Part shown: positions 17,546 to 26,074 of the stretch, in pieces | Layout: every line of letters starts with the position of its first letter | Position numbering within the stretch: the stretch's first letter is position 1 | Source: Sedimentisphaera cyanobacteriorum | Lineage (GTDB): Bacteria > Planctomycetota > Phycisphaerae > Sedimentisphaerales > Sedimentisphaeraceae | DNA length: 32,000 nucleotides | Assembly: GCF_001997385.1 (NCBI RefSeq) | Contig: NZ_CP019633.1 | Coordinates: 2,430,001 to 2,462,000 of the forward strand | Reading direction: 5' to 3' | Program-made: the position numbers and the translations under genes | The notes under the pieces: model-generated | Databases searched by the model: none | Told to the model about the DNA's origin: nothing | What the model saw: the letters and a program-made list of their open reading frames with translations, nothing else

Positions 17546-18811
17546 ATGATTGATATAAAGCTTATTAGAGAAAATCCTGAACACTTTAAGAAGGCTGCTG
17601 CGAATAAGAAGTTTGATGTGGATATAGACAGGCTCGTCGAGCTTGATGAACTTATCCGCAAAACGAAGACGAATATGCAGGAGCTTACTGCTGAGAAAAA
17701 CAGGATAGGCAAACAGATACCGAAGCTCGATGCTGGAGAGAAGCAGGAGGCAATCGGCAAGCTCTCAGAGATAAAGGAATCCGAAGCGGGCTATCAGGAA
17801 AAGCTAAAAGAGCTCCAGCCTGAATTCGAAAGGCTGATGCTGCTTGTCCCGCAGCCGCCGGATGAGGATGTACCGGTAGGCGAGGACGACAGCGAAAACG
17901 TGGAGCTGCGTGTTGAAGGTGCTTTGCCGGAATTCGATTTCGAACCAAAAGACCACGTTGAGCTGGGCAAGGCGCTTGATATAATAGATCTCGAGAGGGG
18001 CGTTAAGCTCGCAGGCACCAGAAACTACTTCCTCAAGGGCGATGGAGCCCTTCTGCACTGGGCTGTGCTGAGGTTTTCTCTGGATTATATGATCAGTCAG
18101 GGCTACAAGCCAATGTGCGTACCTCTTCTTATGCGAGAGGAGGCAATGCGCGGCACGGGCTACTTCCCGGGCGCAGAGGAACAGACATATATGCTCGAGC
18201 GTGATGAGCTGAGCCTCGCGGGTACGGCGGAGGTTCCGCTAACGGCCTACCGCTCCGGCGAGATACTCTCCGAGGATGAGCTGCCGCTGAAATACTGCGC
18301 AATGAGCAGCTGTTTTCGTCGTGAGGCCGGAGCCGCGGGCAAAGACACACACGGGCTCTACCGCATCCATCAGTTCGAGAAGGTTGAGCAGGTGGTAATC
18401 TGCAGGAATGATGAGGCTGAAAGCCGCAAATTCCACGATGAAATCCTTGCCAACTCTGAGGGCGTTATGAAAGCCCTCGGCATACCATACCGCGTGGTGA
18501 GCGTTTGCACGGGCGATCTGGGCAAAGGGCAGGTTGAGAAGTACGACATTGAAAGCTGGATGCCCTCAAGAAACAGCTACGGCGAAACGCATTCTGCAAG
18601 CCGGTTCTACGAATTTCAGGCACGCAGGATGAACCTGAGATACAAGGATTCAAACAAGAAAAACGTATTCTGCCATACGCTGAACAACACCGTAATTGCT
18701 TCGCCGAGAGTGCTTATCCCGCTCATGGAGCTCAATCAGAACCCCGACGGCACAATCACAATACCCGAGCCCCTGAGAGCATATATGGGAGGCAGAGAAA
18801 AGATAGGCTGA
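17546..18811 (+). CDS. serS: Serine--tRNA ligase
   Basis: 421 aa. It has an N-terminal coiled-coil arm (MIDIKLIRENPE...) and class II motifs including FRREAGAAGKDTHGLYRIHQFEKVE and TLNNTVIASPRVLIPLMEL. Confidence 0.95.
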   Translation: MIDIKLIRENPEHFKKAAANKKFDVDIDRLVELDELIRKTKTNMQELTAEKNRIGKQIPKLDAGEKQEAIGKLSEIKESEAGYQEKLKELQPEFERLMLLVPQPPDEDVPVGEDDSENVELRVEGALPEFDFEPKDHVELGKALDIIDLERGVKLAGTRNYFLKGDGALLHWAVLRFSLDYMISQGYKPMCVPLLMREEAMRGTGYFPGAEEQTYMLERDELSLAGTAEVPLTAYRSGEILSEDELPLKYCAMSSCFRREAGAAGKDTHGLYRIHQFEKVEQVVICRNDEAESRKFHDEILANSEGVMKALGIPYRVVSVCTGDLGKGQVEKYDIESWMPSRNSYGETHSASRFYEFQARRMNLRYKDSNKKNVFCHTLNNTVIASPRVLIPLMELNQNPDGTITIPEPLRAYMGGREKIG

Positions 18812-18838
18812 TAACACAAACCCTGCGGGGAAGGCTTT

Positions 18839-21250
18839 GTGAACCGTAAACAGATACAGGCCAATCTGGCATTGGCTGAGGTTTCGCTGGTGCCTGCAGC
18901 TGAGCTGGCTGCTCGGAAGACGAGGCTCTGCCCGCTTTTATTCGCTGCAGCCGGTTTTATTCTCGGCATACTCATCTCCGGCGCTGTAATCCTGCCTGCG
19001 TATTTTTTGCTTTTTCTGTTTTCGGCTTTGCTGGCTCTGAGCTTTCTCCTGCGGAAAAGGGGAGCTGGCTTCGGCTGGTTTGCGGCGATTTTGTTTATCG
19101 CTTCCTCGCTTTTCGGCCTCCAAAGGGCTGCCTGCTTCCGCAGCTTTCCTGAGAATCATATCAATTCGCTTATCACCGAGAAAACCCTCGCGCAGGTTAA
19201 GGCGGAATTCGTTAATAATCCAAGCATAAATGAGCAGGGGGATTTTGCATTCTGCACTCTTAATCTGCTCAGTATAGAATCTGCCGCCGGGGAGTTCAGG
19301 GATATAAAGGGGCGCTCAAACTGCTATATTTCAATAGTAAACAGTAGAGACAAGCTCCCGAAGGCCGGCGACAAGGCGTTTATGTATGCAGTTTTCAAAC
19401 CGATTTCCAAGGCGAAAAATCCAGGTCAGTTTGATTATGCCGGTTATCTCCGCTCCAAAGGCATACAGACAAGCTGCAATGTACGCAGCGACGGAATCGA
19501 GATTCTCCAGCGGGGCAGGCCATCGCTGTTTGATTCACTTGAGAGAATTGCCGTGCGCACTGTAATGTCCCGGGAGGAGAGTCAGGCTTCAGGGCTGCTT
19601 TCTGCCCTTTTGATAGGCAGGCGGGAAAACATCAGCGAGAAAACGTATCAGAATTTCAGAACCACAGGCCTTATGCATCTGCTGAGCCTCTCGGGGATGC
19701 ATATCGGCATTCTCGCCGGCATCGTATGGCTGCTGGTAAGCCTTACAGGTCTCGGCGCCCGCTGGAAATCGGTTATCACTGCTGCATTTCTCATCATCTA
19801 TATGATCGTTATACCGTACAGAAGCCCTGCAATGCGGGCAACGCTTATCTGCCTGCTTTATCTCTCAGCCATTGCACTGGGCAGGAGGGCGAACGCCCTG
19901 AATATGCTTTCGCTTGCATGCCTCGTTACGCTAGGACTCCGCCCGCTCGAGCTCTACAGCGCCGGCTGGCAGCTCTCTTTTGCGAGCGTTTTATCTATTA
20001 TCATATTCACCAAACCCTGCAATCTGCTTTTGAACAAGCTTACAGGATTTCGATTTGCAGGCGCTTCGATTGAGATGCCCGCATCGAAGAGGATTGCTTC
20101 GTGGTTTATAAAGGCTCTTTCTGTGGGGCTTGCGGTGTTTGCTGGCACTTTTCCTGTAATCTGGCTGCATTTTTATGCTGTTTATCCATACTCCGCTTTG
20201 AATACGATTCTCCTCTCGCCTCTTCTTGCGCTGAATCTGGCTTTCGGGCTGATTTCCGCAATCGTTTCTGCGATTATCCCCGCGCTGGATTTTACTCTCT
20301 CGATAAGCCGGCAGCTTACGGGGGCCTTTGCCGAGATTGTGCAAAAATTATCCCTTCTCCCGGGCTCAGAGCTTGTTTTTGGAAGTCCGCCGAAATATGC
20401 GGTCGGGGCGTATTATCCAGCTCTCGGCCTTGCGGCATTCTCACTTTACCGCTCGGGGAGAAAATGGAAATTCGCAGCAGGCGGGGCGGGGCTTTTAGCA
20501 GCAGCTGTGTTTCTATTTCCGATTGCGGAGCGGGCTATTGAAAAGCCCCTGAGGCTAACCGCCCTGTCGGTTGGTGCGGGGCAGGCGATTATGCTGGAAA
20601 TGCCCGAAGGAGAAACCGCAATGCTCGACTGCGGTTCTTCCACATACTCCCGCCCGGGTAAAAAGATTGTCCAGCCATTCCTGAAATATTCGGGCAAAAC
20701 ATCGCTGGATTTTATCTGCCTCAGCCACAACGACAGCGACCATTACAGCGGGGTGGATTATCTTTATGAGAATATCAATGTCGGCCGTATATATTCAGCC
20801 GATATAATCAGCTGCAAAGCTCAGCTGGAGAAAGTTCCGCAAAGCTGCAGGTCAGGCGGATGCAGAATCCTGTTTTGGCAGAATAAGGCTGCTGCGGGAG
20901 ATAACAACCGCTCAATCGTTCAGATTATTCAGTATGCAGGCAAAACGATAGCTGTAACGGGTGATGTGGAGCAGGAGAGTCAGCAGTGGCTGCTCGAGAA
21001 ACTCAAGGCCGAAAAGCTAAGCCCGGATTATCTCATCCTCCCGCATCACGGCCTTCTCACTACACTCGATCTGAGCTTTCCCGAGAAGCTCTCGCCTGAG
21101 GCCTGCGTGGCAAGCTGCGGAGAGCTTCAGGATTTCCGAGGCGTTTATGAATCCGATGATTTTCCAGTATATAAAACCGCTCAGACAGGGGCAGTGCAGA
21201 TTGAAATCACCAGCTCGGGGGAAACTCGAATCCAAACATTCTGCCAATAG
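18839..21250 (+). CDS. comEC: ComEC/Rec2 DNA internalisation channel protein with C-terminal metallo-beta-lactamase domain
   Basis: Polytopic membrane protein with the competence-domain block FRTTGLMHLLSLSGMHIGILAG. The C-terminal MBL signature is LDCGSS...CLSHNDSDHYSG. It has a GTG start preceded by GGAAGG and ends with TAG. Confidence 0.88.
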   Translation: MNRKQIQANLALAEVSLVPAAELAARKTRLCPLLFAAAGFILGILISGAVILPAYFLLFLFSALLALSFLLRKRGAGFGWFAAILFIASSLFGLQRAACFRSFPENHINSLITEKTLAQVKAEFVNNPSINEQGDFAFCTLNLLSIESAAGEFRDIKGRSNCYISIVNSRDKLPKAGDKAFMYAVFKPISKAKNPGQFDYAGYLRSKGIQTSCNVRSDGIEILQRGRPSLFDSLERIAVRTVMSREESQASGLLSALLIGRRENISEKTYQNFRTTGLMHLLSLSGMHIGILAGIVWLLVSLTGLGARWKSVITAAFLIIYMIVIPYRSPAMRATLICLLYLSAIALGRRANALNMLSLACLVTLGLRPLELYSAGWQLSFASVLSIIIFTKPCNLLLNKLTGFRFAGASIEMPASKRIASWFIKALSVGLAVFAGTFPVIWLHFYAVYPYSALNTILLSPLLALNLAFGLISAIVSAIIPALDFTLSISRQLTGAFAEIVQKLSLLPGSELVFGSPPKYAVGAYYPALGLAAFSLYRSGRKWKFAAGGAGLLAAAVFLFPIAERAIEKPLRLTALSVGAGQAIMLEMPEGETAMLDCGSSTYSRPGKKIVQPFLKYSGKTSLDFICLSHNDSDHYSGVDYLYENINVGRIYSADIISCKAQLEKVPQSCRSGGCRILFWQNKAAAGDNNRSIVQIIQYAGKTIAVTGDVEQESQQWLLEKLKAEKLSPDYLILPHHGLLTTLDLSFPEKLSPEACVASCGELQDFRGVYESDDFPVYKTAQTGAVQIEITSSGETRIQTFCQ

Positions 21251-21270
21251 AGAATTCAGCGCTGCTCTAT

Positions 21271-21831
21271 TTATTCATATTTGCCGTAGATGTCATCTTC
21301 GATTTTCTTATATCGTTTTGCAAGGTTGAGGCAGCATCTGAGCACATCCTCTGCGAATTCTCTGTTTTTCACGTCCAGCTCGCGTATTTTATAAACGTCT
21401 TTCTCGCCTGCAATCATCATACCGGAGTCCACGAGGTCGTTGCTTCCGATTTCGATGTTTTCAATTGAGCAGTTGTGTTTTATAACCACCTTCGAGCCCA
21501 CGGTGCAGTTAAAGAGAATCGAGCCGAAGCCAACAGAGCATTTCGCCCCCGTTCTGCATGGTGCGTGGAGCACGACATTATGCCCGAGCGTGCAGTCTTC
21601 GCCCACCTCCACCGAGGAGTTTTCCAGGCAGTGCATTACCACATTATCCTGTATGTTGGAGTTATCGCCAATTGATATGCAGCTCTGCGCCTCATCAGCT
21701 CTCAGCGAGGCATTAGGCCCCACGAAGACGTTCTCGCCTATCTTCACATTCCCGATAATCACTGCGCTTGGGTGAACAAAGGCAGTTTTAGCAATTACCG
21801 GCTCACGGCCGTACGGTCCTTTATGTATCAT
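21271..21831 (-). CDS. Gamma-class carbonic anhydrase-like / hexapeptide-repeat (left-handed beta-helix) protein
   Basis: Repeating [LIV]-G-x4 hexapeptides. The His pattern QDNVVMH ... LGHNVVLHA resembles the gamma-CA/YrdA metal ligands. A helical tail of about 40 aa follows. Confidence 0.7.
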   Translation of the reverse strand: MIHKGPYGREPVIAKTAFVHPSAVIIGNVKIGENVFVGPNASLRADEAQSCISIGDNSNIQDNVVMHCLENSSVEVGEDCTLGHNVVLHAPCRTGAKCSVGFGSILFNCTVGSKVVIKHNCSIENIEIGSNDLVDSGMMIAGEKDVYKIRELDVKNREFAEDVLRCCLNLAKRYKKIEDDIYGKYE

Positions 21832-21863
21832 TTTAAAGCCTTTCCTGCTTTTTTCGCATTATT

Positions 21864-23291
21864 TTAGCATAATGGAGACTCCGGACAGCTCCCGCATACG
21901 AGAAGCTCCGGCTGGTTGTGCTTGTCTTTGAGTTTTGAGGCTGCGTTTCTCAGAGCCGAACGCAAGCCCTCCTCGAGCACGGGATGATAAAACGGAGACT
22001 GAAGCATCTCGAATACGGTCATCTGATTCTGCGCCGCAACAGCGAGCTGGTGGGCGATATGCTCAGCTCCGGGGATTGCCATCTCCGCACCAAGGAAACG
22101 GGCGGTCTGCTTGTCTGCATAGATATGCAGAAGGCCTTTGTTGTTCTGCTCGAGGGCGGCTCTTGCCTGATCGGAGAAATCCTCCCTGCCCACTACAAAC
22201 TCTCTGCCGGTTGATTCGAGCTCCTCGCGCATATATCCCACAGCAGCAATCTGAGGGTCGCTGAAGACAATCCTCAGCGGGACGCGCCTGCAGAAGCAAT
22301 CCTGCTTCCCTGCGGCGGCATTTTTCCCTGCGATAAAGCCTTCGTCGAGCGCTTCGTGGAGTATCGGACGGCATCCGTTTACATCTCCCGCTATAAACAC
22401 CGGCAGATCGGCTATCTGCGCAGTTCTCGGGTTGAAATTCGGCAGTCCTCTCTCATTGAGCTCAACGCCGAGATTCTCAAGCCCGAGCCCTTCGATATTC
22501 GGGCTCACTCCCATAGCTGCAAGCACTGCGTCGTAGCAGTCGCAGTGGTCGCCGTAGCAGACGGTGATTTTGCAGTCTTTGGTTGAGGTGAGTTTGGCGG
22601 CCTCGCCCAGGTGTATCGGAAAATCCTTGCTAACCGCTTCTATTGCCCTTTTCTTCACAGATTCATCGGAAATTCCTCCGAGGGTTTCTTTCATATCAAA
22701 ACCCACTGCTTCCACCCCGATTCTGCTCAAAGCCTGCCCGAGCTCGAGCCCTATCACTCCAAGCCCTATCACGGCAATCTTTTTCGGGATTTGCTTCTGT
22801 TCGAAGATTGTTTCGCTGGTAAGGACTCTTTCGCCGAATTCCCGCCACGGGCCGGGCACGAGCGGGGATGCGCCCGCCGCAATAACAATGCTCTTTGTTT
22901 TTATTTTCTCACCTCCCGCTTCCACCATATCCGGAGCGAGGATCTTTGCCTTCGCCTCAATAAGCTTATCTCCTGCAAGCTTTCTGGTAACCGTTTCCAT
23001 ATTACCTGCAAACTTATCCCGCATACCGCGTACATACTCCATCACCGCATCGGGATTTATGCTGAGGTTTTCAGCTCCGCTTATCCCTTCGCTCTGGAAT
23101 TTATGTCTTCTGTGGAAATCGTTTGCAGCCTTTATCAATGCCTTCGAAGGCATACAGCCCACCCTTGCACATTTCGTTCCAAGCGGGCCGGGGTCTATAA
23201 CAAGATAGTTGTCTGTTGCGTTTTTGATCTGTCTGAGGGCGGAGAGTCCGCCGCTGCCTGAACCTATGATTACTGCGTCTTTCTCTGTCAT
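21864..23291 (-). CDS. Class I pyridine nucleotide-disulfide oxidoreductase (dihydrolipoyl dehydrogenase family)
   Basis: FAD fold VIIGSGSGG, redox-active disulfide GTKCARVGCMPSK, NAD fold IAVIGLGVIGLELG and a C-terminal interface His-Glu block FYHPVLEEG. An extra tail ends in VCGSCPESPLC. Confidence 0.8.
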   Translation of the reverse strand: MTEKDAVIIGSGSGGLSALRQIKNATDNYLVIDPGPLGTKCARVGCMPSKALIKAANDFHRRHKFQSEGISGAENLSINPDAVMEYVRGMRDKFAGNMETVTRKLAGDKLIEAKAKILAPDMVEAGGEKIKTKSIVIAAGASPLVPGPWREFGERVLTSETIFEQKQIPKKIAVIGLGVIGLELGQALSRIGVEAVGFDMKETLGGISDESVKKRAIEAVSKDFPIHLGEAAKLTSTKDCKITVCYGDHCDCYDAVLAAMGVSPNIEGLGLENLGVELNERGLPNFNPRTAQIADLPVFIAGDVNGCRPILHEALDEGFIAGKNAAAGKQDCFCRRVPLRIVFSDPQIAAVGYMREELESTGREFVVGREDFSDQARAALEQNNKGLLHIYADKQTARFLGAEMAIPGAEHIAHQLAVAAQNQMTVFEMLQSPFYHPVLEEGLRSALRNAASKLKDKHNQPELLVCGSCPESPLC

Positions 23292-23317
23292 ACAATCCTC
23301 CGATATCTAAAACAAAT

Positions 23318-24718
23318 TTATTCTTCAGGTTTATTCTTGCTTTTCTTTTTTCTTTTCGTTCTTGGCTTTTTGGCCTTATTCTCAGCCTCTTCGAGGAAGG
23401 CTTTTCTTCTTAGGATGTGGTGGTAGTGCTGGGCGAATCTGTGCGATTCATCACGGATATACTGGAAAAGCTTTCTTACAGGCGAATTTGCCGGCAAGCG
23501 AAGAGGCCTGTCTTTCCCCGATATGTAAATGAGCTCTTCCTTTTTTGCAAGCGAGGCGAGGTAGGGTTTTTGCCCCTCAAACTCATCGAGCACATTCTCC
23601 ACTGCATGCAGCTGGCCGAGGCCGCCGTCGATCAGCAGCATATCAGGCAGAAGCTCGCGGCCGTCCATCGCACGTTTATACCTTCGCCTTATCACCTCCT
23701 GCATTGAGGCGTAGTCGTCTATGCCTTCCACGGTTTTGATCTTGAATCTGCGGTAGCCGTGTTTGAAGGGGCTGCCGTCGATGAATTTAACCAGCGAGCC
23801 CACCGTTTCCGAACCGCCCAGATGAGCGATATCAAAGCCTTCGATAGTTCTTATCGGGTCTGCCGAGCCCAGCATCTCGGCGAGCTTTTGGTTTGCTGCT
23901 GAGAGGTTATGGACAAACAGCTCGGGCTGAACATTTTCGCTCACAGTTCCCCGGCTCTCAAGCTTTGAGATTAGGTTTATCTTATCGCGGTATTCAGCGG
24001 CCTCTTCAAAGCGCAGCCGTGAGGAAGCCTTCTGCATCTTGTCTTTGAGGTCTCTGAGGACAACGCTCCTTTTAGACCGGAGGAATTTTGTGAGCTCTTC
24101 GATTATCTCGCTGTACTCTTCCTTGTTTATCTTTGCAGCGCACGGAGCGGTGCATTGGTTTATGCTGTGCAGAAGGCAGGGACGGAAAAATCTGCGTTTT
24201 TCGTCGTCTGCAGATATCTCCAGCTTGCACGTTCTGAATTTGAATATCTTCTGAAGCAGCACTAAAACTCCCCTGAGCTCTCTGATTGCGGTAAACGGCC
24301 CGAATAGCCGGCAGCGTTTTTCACCCGGGTTGCGGGTTATGTAAACACCCGGGAAGTCTTCGTACGTGGTAATCTGGAGGTACGGGAAGGTTTTATCGTC
24401 CAGCAGGTTGGTATTGTAAGGCGGCCTTATATCCTTTATCAGCCGCGCTTCCTGAAGTATTGCGTCCACTTCGCTTTCTGTTTCAAGGCAGCTCACAGAG
24501 CATACCTGCTCAAGCATTTCTGCAATCTTCGGGCCTCGCGAGGAATAGATGTCGGAGCTGGGGAGAAAGTAGCTCGAAACTCTGGAACGCAGGTTTTTTG
24601 CCTTTCCGATATACAGCACGGCATCTTTGCTGTCTTTCATAAAGTACAGCCCGGGGGAGGCTGGGAACTGCCTTATCTTTTCGCGGATCTTTTCGATTTT
24701 GCCTTTATCTTCTGCCAT
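23318..24718 (-). CDS. uvrC: UvrC-like excinuclease subunit, short form (466 aa) lacking the C-terminal (HhH)2 domain
   Basis: GIY-YIG (GLYFMKDSKDAVLYIGKAKNLRSRVSSY), UVR domain (FEEAAEYRDKINLI) and RNase H-like endonuclease domain (IEGFDIAHLGGSETVGSLV...MLLIDGGLGQLHAV). The protein then ends in the lysine-rich tail NKAKKPRTKRKKKSKNKPEE. Confidence 0.82.
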   Translation of the reverse strand: MAEDKGKIEKIREKIRQFPASPGLYFMKDSKDAVLYIGKAKNLRSRVSSYFLPSSDIYSSRGPKIAEMLEQVCSVSCLETESEVDAILQEARLIKDIRPPYNTNLLDDKTFPYLQITTYEDFPGVYITRNPGEKRCRLFGPFTAIRELRGVLVLLQKIFKFRTCKLEISADDEKRRFFRPCLLHSINQCTAPCAAKINKEEYSEIIEELTKFLRSKRSVVLRDLKDKMQKASSRLRFEEAAEYRDKINLISKLESRGTVSENVQPELFVHNLSAANQKLAEMLGSADPIRTIEGFDIAHLGGSETVGSLVKFIDGSPFKHGYRRFKIKTVEGIDDYASMQEVIRRRYKRAMDGRELLPDMLLIDGGLGQLHAVENVLDEFEGQKPYLASLAKKEELIYISGKDRPLRLPANSPVRKLFQYIRDESHRFAQHYHHILRRKAFLEEAENKAKKPRTKRKKKSKNKPEE

Positions 24719-24724
24719 AGCTTC

Positions 24725-26074
24725 TTAATCATAAACTAAAAGGCAGGATGCTGCAAAGTGCTGGGCATGATAGCCCCTGCCTTGTGAGTCTTTTTTGAAG
24801 TTTGCTGAGTACGGTTCGGCGGTGTAATCCAATTTCAGCGTTTTGCCCGCTTCTGCCGGTACGTCCACGATCCACGGCCTCACAAGACAGCCCGGCCGCC
24901 AGCCGGCTCTGTCTATATGCCATGTACCGCCCTGATGGTCTATGGGGTTGAATTCGCTTTCGTCCTCCCAGAGATAGCTCATAAATTCTTTTCCGCCTGC
25001 GCTGAGCTTTCGCCATTTCCTGATAAATTCAGCTCCGCGGCCTTTATTTCCTTTCCAGCCGTGGCCTGTGAATATACTGAAAAACTCTGCCCTCTCTGCC
25101 CAATCAGGAAGTTTTACCTCTTTTGGCTCTATGCCCTCAAGCCCCTTCACTCCGGGAGGCCCGTAGCGGAATTTTCCGTTCCAGAGAGGCACGATTTTGC
25201 GGGGGATTTCTCGGCCTTCGCCTTTGTAATATCGGAGGGTGATTTGCCAGCCAAAATTCCCGTCAACCTGCATTTTAAGCTTTCTTTCGCCTGTGAGCAG
25301 CTTAGCAAGGGGTGTTATATCCTGCTTCCACCGCCCGCCTGCCTCATTGTAGCTTGTGATGATGCGTGCTATTTCGAAGCTTTTGCCGGCCTGTTCTGAG
25401 AAGAGCCTGTTCACCCTGTCCCAAGGGTCGTCTTTCGGGATAAGCTTCCAGTCCAGAGTTACCCTGCCTATGCCTTCAAGGCTTTTTGGGAGTCTGAGAG
25501 TTTTTGAGCTCCTGTTCCAATACCCCGAGCCCTTCCAGCTCACCTCTGCTGGCTTTGAATTATGAAATCCCCTGCCTGTTTTCTTCACAGCGAAATCTCT
25601 AATCACCGCCTTCTCGCTGAATTTCAGCCTGCTGAGCGGGTAAACAGCATCCGGCAGAAAATAATCGGTGTAAAAGCTGTGTTTTTTTCCGTCTATCGAG
25701 AGAGTTATATTCCTGCCCCCGCATACGGGAGTGAGCTTTATTTCGAATTCCCGCGTGCGGTCAAATTTAAGCGGGCTCGGCCTGTTTTCGAGAATCAGGC
25801 CGCTGCTTGTCAGAAAGATTGACGAGCGTTTCTGCCTGTCGTCTTTTTCTTCGCACTGAAAACCTATGCCGAGGGCGTTTTCAGCTGCTGGTTTTGTGCT
25901 GCTGAATGCAGGGGCATTTTCCCCGCTAAACATAATAAGCCCTATATCTCTGCCTTGCCCGAAATCTGCTTTGAAGCTTATCTCAAATCCGCTGGACTCA
26001 GGCAGTTCAGCGCTCTTGGCAAAACAGGCCAAACCAGTCAAAATTATTGCAGCGGCTGCAGAAAACCTTTTCAT
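24725..26074 (-). CDS. Secreted protein with a PNGase F-like (peptide-N-glycanase F family) C-terminal region and an N-terminal domain of about 190 aa of unknown function
   Basis: Signal peptide MKRFSAAAAIILTGLACFAKSA. The blocks DPWDRVNRLF, FEIARIITSY, RGAEF and DRAGWRPG line up with my recollection of the PNGase F blocks DEWDRYANVYV, YEIGRFITPY, GCAEWC and DRAGWCPG. The start overlaps the upstream gene stop (ATGA). Confidence 0.55.
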   Translation of the reverse strand: MKRFSAAAAIILTGLACFAKSAELPESSGFEISFKADFGQGRDIGLIMFSGENAPAFSSTKPAAENALGIGFQCEEKDDRQKRSSIFLTSSGLILENRPSPLKFDRTREFEIKLTPVCGGRNITLSIDGKKHSFYTDYFLPDAVYPLSRLKFSEKAVIRDFAVKKTGRGFHNSKPAEVSWKGSGYWNRSSKTLRLPKSLEGIGRVTLDWKLIPKDDPWDRVNRLFSEQAGKSFEIARIITSYNEAGGRWKQDITPLAKLLTGERKLKMQVDGNFGWQITLRYYKGEGREIPRKIVPLWNGKFRYGPPGVKGLEGIEPKEVKLPDWAERAEFFSIFTGHGWKGNKGRGAEFIRKWRKLSAGGKEFMSYLWEDESEFNPIDHQGGTWHIDRAGWRPGCLVRPWIVDVPAEAGKTLKLDYTAEPYSANFKKDSQGRGYHAQHFAASCLLVYD

